Part shown: positions 1-10,819 of the stretch, piece after piece
Layout of the letters: each line of letters starts with the position of its first letter
How positions within the stretch are numbered: the first letter of the stretch is position 1
Assembly (NCBI GenBank): GCA_011109175.1
Contig: RDEW01000047.1
Location: forward strand, 364,240 to 428,239
Length of the DNA stretch: 64,000 bases
Direction: 5' to 3'
Source: Dicyema japonicum
Lineage: Eukaryota > Animalia > Dicyemida
The notes under the pieces: model-generated
What the model saw: the letters and a program-made list of their open reading frames with translations, nothing else
The model's database searches: none
What the model was told of the DNA's origin: nothing
Made by a program: the position numbers and the translations under genes

Positions 1-1488
1 AAATATTCATTTTGTCCCCCACAAACGGAAATTGTTCTGTTATGAGAGATAACAAGTCAGATCCATCAGAAACTGCCTTTAATGCACATTCTCGTAATTT
101 GGCATGGCAGTCCTGTCGATTTCCACCGCGTTTGACGGCTTCCATCAAAACCTTCTCGGTAGCCATGAAAGGGAGATGCATCATTACGTTTTTAGTAACA
201 TTTTCACGTCTGACTGACAGACCCTGTAGAATGTACTGAAGAGTATTCAGTATAGAATCGGCTACGAGAAATGACTCTGCAATAGTAACACGTCTGAATA
301 TTGCGAAGTAAAATACCTGTTAGCACTATCATCCAGGGATCTCTCCAACCACTGAGTAGACAATGTCATCAAGGGATTCTGAATGAGAGACATGAGATGA
401 CGCGACAAAGAACAGCATCGTTCAGACAAAATGGGATTCCGTTTATATGGCATAGCAGAGGATCCTTAAATTAGGCCTAATATCACCAATTTGGTTTTGT
501 TGGAACGGTTCTGCCAGCTCACAGTCGTGTGAGAGAAGTCTAATGTCTGTGCAAATCTGAAATTAACATGTCTTCACTTTGTGAATTGATGAGGCAACAC
601 TTGAAAGGGCAGAAATGAGGGAAATATCCTGTTTTCGACTATAAGTCTGTCCCGTGACCTTAAAAACCCTAAAGTGAGAAAAAAAAGAACTTTTCAAACC
701 CAAAATGTTTAGCCAGAGTAATTTCCAATGAGTCAACCTGTAGATTAAATAAAAATGTAACATTGACGGAATCACCCAGAATGTCAAGGTAGCTATCCTG
801 TGATCCAGTGGCGCCCTTAAATCCCTTCATCTTGAGGTTATCTCGAACATGTTGGAGAGCAAGTAAATCGTTGAGAAGATCGTCAGCCCATAAACAAGCT
901 CTCTTGCCGTAAGTTGTTGCCTGGGCTGGTCTATTTGTATTTCGTAGGGAATTTACTGGTAATGTGTGTATGCTATGGCCACGAGGTCACTATTTTCTCT
1001 AATAAAGTCGGACAGTCTGTATAGACACCGAGCAATCTGAATAAAAGCTGAATACGTACCAATTGGAGGATTCTGTCGAGAGCTTGTCGTTGAATAATGA
1101 CATCCTATAGATTATCCGCAATATTACAGCGTTGTCGGTTATGTCGTTGGAGGTGGCTCCCAAATGTATGATTGGGCTAGCCAGAGGACACACGTGACAG
1201 TACGTCTTTAAGTGTGCCATTACATCGTGTCGAATTTCTGATTCTAAGCGATTTGCCATTTCAAAATCAATATTTGACTGATTCTCATGCATTTCTGATA
1301 TTTGTTGCTTAGTTATTTGGCATCCCGCTTCCTATCTTATATTGAATTTGTTCTACCAGTTGTGCTTGAGCTAATTCAGTCCAGATCATCCTCCATGTGG
1401 TTACTTTGTGTTCCTCACTAAATAACCTGAGCATCTCAGCGCTGGCATATCGAGTTTCCAACGGACTGTGATATATTTTCGTATCCAT
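1..1488 (-). CDS. ADSL: Adenylosuccinate lyase; nine micro-introns (1332-1356, 1105-1127, 1037-1059, 931-956, 738-761, 669-690, 557-577, 465-486, 294-316); 3' end runs off the window
   Basis: Manual splicing gives [19 protein letters not shown]...RHDVMAH...[13 protein letters not shown]...[19 protein letters not shown]...KGATGSQ...GQTYSRKQD...[11 protein letters not shown] (fumarate-lyase superfamily signature)...[14 protein letters not shown]. All nine introns are GT-AG, 21-26 nt. Confidence 0.96.
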
Positions 1489-1611
1489 ATTAATTTGAAC
1501 TAATAATATATTGATTTTTGTTTAAAATAATTTAAAAAATGAATATAAATAATGTTTTGAAATAATATTATAAATATATTTTAAAGTTTACATTAAAAAT
1601 AATTTACATAA

Positions 1612-1790
1612 AAGCTTTGTGGTGATTATCCGATGGAGTAACGGAGGTGGCCTGACCTAATGTGATCAGGAGGCCACCTGACGCCAACGAACTCGTGTAA
1701 GGTCAAGGGAGGAGTATCAAGTAAGCTGAGAGCCTGGATCAAAATTGTAACGATAACTTTGTTTTTTCGGCTTAACGGTGGTCTTTGAAA
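1612..1790. ncRNA. Candidate structured non-coding RNA, unassigned family
   Basis: GC-richer ORF-less island directly after the AT-only tract upstream of ADSL. Perfect 9-bp stem aggtggcct (1645-1653)/aggccacct (1671-1679), box C/D-like words gtgatta..ctga..gtgatca..ctga, and a downstream T-run. Confidence 0.25.
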
Positions 1791-2179
1791 AAAAATTTAA
1801 TTAATCAATATAATCTGTACTTTTATCTCTTCTATCAAGAAGATCGTAGCTGTCCAGAAAAGGACATACAGAGTGATAGAACAGTGGATTTCGGCTACAA
1901 AGGCTCAGCAACGACATTTCTGGAGACACTAATACGTATAAAATGTGTGTGACAGTTTTCGCTCTGTGTGACAGTTCTTCGTAATTTGTGTGATCTAAAA
2001 AGAGGAAATACGCTTTCAATTACGAGAGCTGTTTACTAGTTCATAACAGTTTAATTTTTTTTCTAAGAAATGAGTCAACTGTTAAGATTAGTTTACTTTT
2101 ATTTTTAAATTTGTACAAAAAAATATAGAAACAAAATTAAAATATTTATTTCAATTCCAACATAACATGTAAGTCGCGT

Positions 2180-5115
2180 GACAATAATTTCTCTTTTTTC
2201 TTTCTGATGGCGTCATTTTATCCACCTTGCTAAGGAGACGCTCAACTGGCATTCATAAATATCTTTTTTAATTGATCTAAAGAACTAAAAACTAAAGCAT
2301 TTTTGTGGTTGGTCGAATGGTTGCGTAACTAATCAAACTGGGGACATTTTAAAGAAAAGAGTTACACTGCCACATCCTACAAGGATGGACTGACAAGGAC
2401 GGACTGTATCTGTGTGGGAACGTCGAATCAAACCCCGGACCCCTAAAGATCATGCAAATAAATATNAATCATTTTTGTGGTTGGTCGAATGCCACGTAAC
2501 TAATCAAACTGGGGACATTTTAAAGAAAAGAGTTACACTGTCACATCCTACAAGGATGGACTGACAAGGACGGACTGTATCTGTGTGGGAACGTCGAATC
2601 AAACCCCGGACCCTTAAAGATCATGTAAATAAATATAAACGGGATCAAATGTAAAATTATCGAAGTCAAACCTTATGGGAAATTATCGGATTGACGTCCT
2701 TCTATTACAAGAATCCAAACTCATAAGTGCGAACACAACTCCAAAATTTCGTGGATACTCAGTTATTCGCAAAGATAGATGTGGAAAACTTGGGGGAGGC
2801 TTATTAACTATCATACGAAGCGGTATCCCTTATAAAGATATCAACAAATACATTTACAACCGCCCCCTAAACCATGACGTATCGAAGTTCTGGCCACAAA
2901 AATTCCAACTCCCAAGGTTACATTTTACTCTGATCAATTCATATCTGCCCATTCATCATCAGCCACTTGCCCTAAACTTTCGTCGATCAGCTCACTAAAG
3001 AACGTTCTTCTTTGCGGTGACCTAAATACAAAACACCCGCTCTGGCTGAGACGTCAGACGTCAAACAGGCGGGGAGACATGCTAATCGAAGACTTGGGAA
3101 TTTTTTGCATCTTAAACGACCCTGACTTTCACACAAGAACTTCCTCAAGACAAAATGATAAACCATCATCCGTTGACGTTTTAATCGTTTCTCCCCTTCT
3201 GGCCTCTTCAATTTCATGGAGCGTGAAAAACAAAACTATGAGAGATCATAGTTTCCTTACTTTGATAAATTATAACCTTGCTGACTGGCCAAGATTTGCG
3301 AGCTATATTGACATGCAGATTAAGTTATCAATACTACATGCTGCCTCATCACTAAACAACAGCATAAAGCAGTTCTCTTCGTTCATTCAAGAAGCCAGAA
3401 AATTATTTATTCCATGGGAGGACAACCGACAATCAAGCAATTCAATTCAGTAGCCAAACATTTAGTTAAAGAAACTATTTAAAGAAAAATAACATACCGT
3501 CGAAGGAGGATATAATAAGAATTCGTACACTAAACAAGGAGATTAACAAATATATCAGTAAAACAAACGAGAAACGCTGGACAGAACTATCAAAAGCCCT
3601 AACAGAAAATTCCTCAGTACAGAAGGTCTGGAACAAAATCAAGTCTATCAAAAGGTCTTTTGATGAATCGCAAAATAGGATATCATTACAACCAAACACC
3701 TTAATGAAATACTATTCTTCCATAGCACATTAATACCACTCCAAAGAAAACTAAGTACTCTTAAACAGAATAAAACCGAAAAGATCATACGTATGGACCA
3801 TTGTTACGGTAAAGGACGTCCATTGGGCAAGATCAAAGGTCCAAAACTCCAAAGCCCGAGGTAGACAATATTTCTACAACAGAACTATAGCATCTAGGAC
3901 CTCTTGCTTTAGATTTAATTGCCTACATATTCACAATATCAATAAATATGAACACTATTCCGGATGTCTGGAAGAGATCATACATCAAACCGATCTTGAA
4001 ANATTTAATTGATTACATATTCACAGTATCAATAAATATGAACATTATTCCGGATGTCTGGAAGAGATCATACATCAAACCGATCTTGAAGCCAGGAAAA
4101 TCCGAAAATGACCCCTTTTACTACAGACTAATCTCGATCCTATGTTCACTTTCCCGAATACTCGAAAGATTAGTTCTTCAAAATATCAAAGACTACATCC
4201 CGTCTCTCCCTTCCAACTTGGATTCCGGGCTAAACACTCCACAGCAACATACCTAACGTCTCTGTGCCAGTTTATTGCGGAGGGATTCAATTCCACTAAA
4301 CCACACCAACGAACAGTCTTGGTCTCTGTGATATAACAAAGGCTTTCGACACTATCGCCAGTCCTTTTTAATCTCTACATAAGCGACATGCCACAAACCT
4401 GTATTGAAAACTGCTTAATCCTCTTTTATGCCGACGATATCATTCTTGCCTCCAAAAACAGAAACATTCAATCAGCGACTCATTCTGCTCAACAAATGCT
4501 TGACAAGCTGGAACTATTGCTCTCGAAGCATCAGCAACAAAGTCCTCTGTCACGTTGTTTACCACTTACAATAGAGAGACAGCAAAAATCTTTATGAAGA
4601 ACTATTAACAAAACACCAAAGATTCTGGGAGTCACTTTTATCCGACATGTTGAGAACATAGTAACTTTTGCTCTGAGGAAAATGAGAATTTTAAAAGTGC
4701 TCTCAAAAACACTTAGAGACCAAATTGGTGGCCTTGTTACGATTTATAAACAATTTATCCGACCCACGATGACGTATACAAGTCCTTCGTGGGCAATGCA
4801 GATTTCACGATCCTCCTCATTGAAACTATCCGCAATCGAGGAGACCGAAATAAGGATAATTGGACCAGAACACAAAATCCAGCCCATTGAAAATTTTTTA
4901 ATCGAATTACAGCGGAAACTCTTAAAGGAGTCCATACACTATCGAAATGTCTACAATCATACAGAAATTTTGAGCCGATGACATGTCTAATGAAAAGAGC
5001 TGTCCAGGATTCTCGACCCCACAGGACTCGCCCTCTTCCTTGTCTGTTTTGGATCACTTAGTTGAGAACCTTTTATTTCTTTTCTTTGACCCAGTGATCC
5101 TGGAGGTAATAATGA
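2180..5115 (+). mobile_element. Near full-length, decayed single-ORF Ingi-like non-LTR retrotransposon (2A-APE-RT)
   Basis: 2A-like GLYLCGNVESNPGP at 2401-2442; APE motifs (LKIMQIN, LLQESKL, GYSVIRKDR, GGGLL, GDLN); RT motifs (WKRSYIKPILKPGK, YRLISILCSLSRILERL, FQLGFRAKHST, RTVLVS..KAFDT, FYADDI, YKQFIRP); 3' stem-loop at 5051-5100 and a TAAT tail. Many frameshifts and stops. Confidence 0.88.
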
Positions 5116-5601
5116 TTTCTTATTCCTTCATGTATATAGCTTAGATGTCAATGGGAGTACTCAAGCCCGCGGCCATTTAACGTCAATTCTTTTATAACAG
5201 TAACTCTCGGTTTTCTAAGAGCTTAAAATTTTTGAAAAAAATGTCTCAAACTACTAGTGGGTGAACACATTAATATTTCTAGATTTATGACAACATTATT
5301 TGCTTAGTCAAATAGCCTCTACAATGACACCGACGGTCTATGAAGCATTAAGACGGAGATTGCAAACAGCAGTCGACATCAAATATAATCACTATGACGT
5401 CACAAAATCAAAGATATCACATCCCTACATCCACGATACCCTATGGACTAACATATCTCGCACAACAAAGCTTAAATACTTCCTTCTACCAGCTCAACAC
5501 TACACATTGGGGAAATTCCATGGTAACCTAATCACCTTGGTAGCAGATATACTACCTAAATAGCACATACTTTGATTTCTAGCAAGTGAAGGTCTTAGAA
5601 T

Positions 5602-6609
5602 TCATTCTTTTTGAGAAGGCAAACAAAAATAAAGGTTAAAATCAGAGTGAACCACCAAAAAACGAATAACTCTGTCGTCCAGAATGCCTAAAACTCACAA
5701 AAACAGCCACTTGCAACTACTCTTTTAGGGTTTGTCTGATAGAAGCTTAGAAACTGCATCAATCTCGAAATATCCACGCGGACTGACCCACTCCTATAGC
5801 GTCCACCACTCACATCCAAAAATCCCCCTTCTCTCACAAACTACGCCAACCAGAATTGTCGAAAAAATCCAAATCCCCAAAACTAACAACCACGTGTCCG
5901 TCGACTCCACTTTCGGCCTCAAAATACATCCTCCCGTCGTCCTTCACGGAAATCATCTATGATGAGACAAAATCAGACCACGTGTGCTGAAAAGCTCTTC
6001 ATGTGATCCAATATTGTCCGAACGTCCTTAATTTTTGGAAATTCGATACTCATCTACAAATAACATAGAATAAACGTCAAATTCTATCAAATCGGGTTCC
6101 TCGAAATCTTTCCACCTGTTTGGAGGAATGAGGGTCACAGGGATGTCGTGGACAACATTTCTAACTCCGTTTTCGGCGTTCTAAAGTAAAAAGTGAGTAA
6201 ACCTTGAGCTCCTGTTCGGTGGAAAGACAGGTGGAATTGAGAGACGTGAGTTTTAGTTTTGTGATTCTGGCCTGTGTGCAGTGCTTGAGAGCTTGTTGCA
6301 GGTGGCCGAGGGAAATGTGGAAGTAAATTTCATTAAAGTCCCCAGTTATTCCCTCAAAAACGAATTCCTGGAAAATATTTTCCTGGAATGTCAAAATTTC
6401 ACCTACAGTGGAAAGTTGAGACCAAAGACAGACGCCCCCAAAGACCAGACTATCTGAGATTATAAAGTAAAGGGAAGAATTGCTTAGTCTGAGAACGCAC
6501 TTCTTGCTTATACTTTTCAGTGAATGAATTAGTTCTAAATAAATGTGAAATATTTACTGTAAAACTGAATCCCACATGAAATATCTGTTATTTTGGCGCT
6601 AAACTTCAT
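5602..6609 (-). CDS. HUS1: Checkpoint clamp subunit HUS1 (9-1-1 complex), seven introns of about 20-24 nt
   Basis: Spliced product MKFSAKITDISCG...KKCVLRLS..LYFIISD...GGVCLWSQLSTENIFQEFVFEGITGDFNEIYF...KLKLT...VVHDIPVTLIPPNRWKDFEEP...VRVDISRLMQFL...NPKRV...LYFCLPSQKE* is co-linear with human HUS1 as recalled. Confidence 0.92.
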
Positions 6610-6684
6610 AATTTATTATTTTTTAAAACAAAGTTTAATATTTATACATGCAATAAATGATAAAATTTTCCTAATCTAATTTAG

Positions 6685-8440
6685 AATCTCTCAAGGACAA
6701 CTCTAGATTCTACGAGGCTGTGAAACAGATGAAAAGAAAGAGACCCGATAATAATAAGAGATGACAAAGGAACGCAGATTGTGGACCAAAGGGAAGTGGC
6801 GGAAATTATCGCTGCCCACTTTGGAAAACTTTTCAATCCAAGGAACGACACTTTCATTCTAGAACGAGGGAAAATGGACGAGGAAATCACACCATATGAA
6901 GTTGAACTTGCGAGTTCCAAGTTGAAAAACAACAGGACTCCTGACCCCGACGGACTCGGNGAAAATGGACGAGGAAATCACGCCATATGAAGTTGAACTT
7001 GCGAGTTCCAAGTTGAAAAACAACAGGACTCCTGACCCCGACGGACTCGGTGGTGAATTCTCCATATATGGAACCCAAAAGCTGTATGAATGCATCGCTA
7101 GGATCCTGAATGAAATGTACTATTATGGTCACATGCTGACCCTGAGAGAGGGTATCTTGATACCTATACAGAAGGCGAATAAACCAAGATCTAAGGTGGA
7201 GAACTTCCGTCCGGTCATATTAATGAATTCACTTCGGAAAATTCTGGCGAACATAACATTACAAAGGATGGAAGGACGCTTAGATACTTTTCTGTCGCTA
7301 TACCACAGCGGATTCCGAAAAGGAAGATCTACTTCCGATGTTTTGTGGTCCCACAAGTGGAGATCTGCGGCCGTTCAAAAGTTCAAAATGTCTACAACCA
7401 TCTTGGAAAGTTTCCTAGACGCTTCCACTGTCAGAATGGCCACCACCCTCCTAGCTGATACTAAGCTCACTGTAAGAGTCGGAGGAGCCTTGTCTCGCCG
7501 ACTTGAGACGAGTGTTGGCACTCCACAGGGAGACCCATTATCACCTATACTTTTTGTCATATACGTTGAAGCTGCTTTACGAGAGTCAAAACCGATAATT
7601 GGTGAAAAGACAAACATTAGTGTTGTATGCTGACTACGTAGACTTTATTTCAAACGACAAAATACCCCTCACCCGCTTGATGGAAGAAGTGTCTGGAAGA
7701 CTAGCCGAATGGTTCCTAACAGTAAATCCGGACAAGACTGAGGTAACTGAACTCAAGAGGGAAAAAACAAGGACGGAGGAATACTGACGCAAGTGCAAAA
7801 AGCTTGGCTCTCTCCTAGGAGACCATGAAGACATTACAAGAAGGAAAACCTTAGCACAAATTGCCCTCTCCAGACTGAAGAACACCTGGCTTCACAAAAA
7901 GGGCCTTTACATTATAACAAAAACTCGATTATACAACTCGCTAGTGAAATCCATACTACTAAATAACGCTAGTACCTGGGCCTGCTCAAGAAATGAACTG
8001 AAGAGGCTTAATGCGTTTCATAGAGACCAACTACGGCATATGATGTTCGAAAGAAGTGATACGAGGATGTCATTTAATCTTTCTTATAAGAGGACGAAGA
8101 CCTCAGAAATTTCTAATGAGATTCTGGATACACGTTGGAGACTTTTCGGCCATATTTTACGACTGGACCTAGATGTCCCCGCGAACGTAGCCATGGAAGA
8201 TTACTTCATGTTGGAGGCCCCCCGCTTCCGTGATCGCCCAAGGACGACACTGGCAGTCGTTCTCGACGAGGACCTCAAAGAAATGGGACGGCATCTTGGA
8301 AGTGGAAAGGATCTTGACTGGTTGCGCACTGCGGCTTTGAATAGGAGGAAGTGGATGAAACTAACCAGTGATTTGCTAACTCGTGTTTACATGCTTTGTC
8401 AAGTCCTATGAAATAGCGATAAGTGCTTATAATAATAATC
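6685..8440 (+). mobile_element. 5'-truncated RTE-clade non-LTR retrotransposon (RT and C-terminus), frameshifted
   Basis: LKNNRTPDPDG, NFRPVILMNSLRK, HSGFRKGRST, VGTPQGDPLSPILF, YADYVDF, RWRLFGHILR, RPRTT motifs; (TAA)n tail at about 8430. Confidence 0.9.
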
Positions 8441-8552
8441 TAATTTAAGCTTTTCCTAAATAGAACCAGAATTTATTTAGGAAAATATAGCGATAAGATT
8501 ATTTTCATGATTTAATGTTATCCGCGTGGCGCCATGTAATGTTAATTGGTTG

Positions 8553-8845
8553 AAGTTTTCTGCTTGCTTGTCTGTTCCTTCTCTCTCTTCCTATTAGAGT
8601 GGCGTCATGTGATCCACCTGTCTAGGTGACGCCCAGTGCCAGGCCGGCACAAAAAAGGATCATTTGCTCTTCCCCACTCCACTGGAGGGGTTTCCACAAC
8701 TGCATGTAATGGACGTCTTACCTTTTATGCTAATTCCGGATGGACTCTGTTTCTGTAGAAGTGGAAACTGGATACACTTAATTAGTTGTTTACTTTAACT
8801 TCTTTCTCGGTGTATCCGGGGTTAATAATAAAAATAAAAAAATAA
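8553..8845 (+). mobile_element. Short non-coding bipartite retroelement (5' pseudoknot plus 3' stem-loop of the Ingi-like LINE)
   Basis: Homologous copies at about 51260-51765 (+), 49470-49663 (+, 3' part) and 16895-16966 (-, 3' tip). Shares the GGCGTC..ATCCACC..GGTGACGC 5' motif and the GGAT(A)CAC..GTG(T)ATCC-GGGGTTAATAA 3' end with LINE copies. Confidence 0.8.
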
Positions 8846-9059
8846 AAAATCAGAAAGTTGTGTATTAATGTTTGTAGCATAAGCGTCTAATCAGCCTGTT
8901 GTATGTGAATTGAGTCATCGCAGAGAATATATCGAATCTTTGTTTTGCATTTGTGTCTTAGTTGCCTTATAGTCGAAAAAGCTTGAGTTTCTGTCTCCAC
9001 AGATGATGAATAATACTAGATACTCTAGAATTATTTAAGTTTTTATCTATACCCACACC

Positions 9060-9330
9060 TTTCTGAGCATCTATGAGAATTCCTTGCTCACATCGATTCT
9101 GAAGACAGAACAAATCGATAAATGACCCATCGTCCTACCGCCAACCAGTCTCTATAAAATTAAAATTGAAGGTTTTAGAAAGACTCATACTAACATTGAT
9201 TTCCCCTGGTGAGGCTGGTCTAGGATTCGTCTCCAATTTTATCGCATACAACTTTAATACAAAAATCTCTTATGCACGGCTTTGGTGTCTTCAATATAAA
9301 AGCAAAAGTCCAACTAATAAATATGATCTT
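9060..9330 (+). mobile_element. Highly decayed RT fragment of a LINE
   Basis: Residual NDPSSYRQ / LKVLERLIL motifs. Confidence 0.5.
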
Positions 9331-9604
9331 TACGGTATTTATATTCAAACATATCAGATCCTTGGTGTCCATGGTGATGAAGATCGGTCAACAATGCCAA
9401 TTAGAGAACTTGTTGGTAAGTCGAAGAGAGTAAGACTCTCTACTCATATATTGCAAAGTGCCATGGTTTATAGAAGGAAATACCCTCTTTACGATCTTTA
9501 TTGGTTTGATAAAGCTGCTATCATTACCCTTGATGTGGCGCTTTGATGATTTCATACATAAGTCAACGAAGTCTTGATCAAAGGACTTTCTCAATGTTGT
9601 TCAC

Positions 9605-9850
9605 CTGGTGGAAGGTTTCACGCATCTACAATGCAGAAAGGGTTTGACGAGTGACGCCGTCATCAGTGGAAACTCACTGCGGAACTGGATTGTCTAGAAA
9701 GGACCCACACACAAGAAAAATAAAATAAAAGTGAAGATCATTCCTTGGTTCTACGAGTAGCTAAAATTAACTGTTCTTTACTTAAATAAAGTGTGTGTCT
9801 TGCCTATGCGAAGTTATAAATATTATGGCTCTCGTGAAAAGGCTATTAAA
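9605..9850 (+). mobile_element. tRNA-derived SINE family A, body and 3' part
   Basis: gaaggtttcacgcatcta...tgacgagtga..tcatcagtg..actgcggaac matches 63925-63997. The 3' part matches the reverse complement of 10350-10510. Confidence 0.65.
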
Positions 9851-10349
9851 AAACATTAAATCTCTCAAAGTTAATCGTCCTATCACTTGAAACAGATGAA
9901 ACTAGAAATCAAATTAAAAGTCAACTAATTGGTTCCTGTGGATGAAAATCAGTTTATTGACTAATCCGAGATAGCCTGATAATTTATACAAAATCTTAGT
10001 AGTTTAAGTATCCCAAACATATACAAACTTATCTTACGTTCCTGCACTAACCATAGACTCGTCAGGTCATCATGAAACACTCAAAAGATAATAAATTATT
10101 TAATAATAACAAACGCCTTCATTATCATCACTTAGACCGTAAAATATTCTTACAACAACAATCTCTTGGTTGTCTGAAAAAGTATCAGCTGTTGGGAGAC
10201 TCAACTGCATTCCCCTTGCGAATTTCCCTAATCTAAACAGATATACAACAAATATTATACTAATTTCTCTGTCTTCTCCACCAAAACAGATTAAAAAGGG
10301 GTTGCAGGTCCCTGCCTATTTCAACCTCCCACTTGTTGGTCTGTGATCA

Positions 10350-10512
10350 CTGAATAATAACAGCAATTTCGTGAGAGCCATGATATTTTTAGCTTCGCAT
10401 ACACAAGAAAAAAAACTTTATCTTTAGAGTTAAGAACAGATATGCTAACTAATTGTTGAATAGAACCAAGGAAATTTCAAACCTACTTTTTCTAATGTTT
10501 GCATGTGAACCC
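10350..10512 (-). mobile_element. SINE family A, 3' fragment
   Basis: Reverse complement shares ttccttggttcta, ctgttctt.act, tatgcgaag.ta.aaatat.atggctctc with 9740-9835, and aligns to 33015-33120. Confidence 0.6.
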
Positions 10513-10819
10513 TATAGACAATTACTTTTGATTGCGTCACTAGTCAAGCCAAGAAACTTCGTAGATTCGAACAGAAAGCATCTGAGTTTTGTCCTGAACT
10601 TGTGACACTGCGCCATTCTGGCGATCAGTGAGTTAGCTAAGAACATTCCTTTCTTAACTTTCGATACTGTGGCAATAAATAATCTATATATCTGAAATTT
10701 CATAATTTAGACTTGTTAGAATATACATTTCAATCAGTAATAACAAATTATCTTATGTCCAGTTTTTATGTTTTTCACTAATTTCCTTCAAAAAATTAGT
10801 TTAATTTCAACTATAATAC

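Noticed and set aside
1801-2019. Short unassigned ORFs (1801-2019, 5300-5563, 45691-45999, 46936-47500 and many antisense ORFs)
   Set aside because: No recognisable motifs or consistent micro-intron models; many are shadows of genes or TEs.
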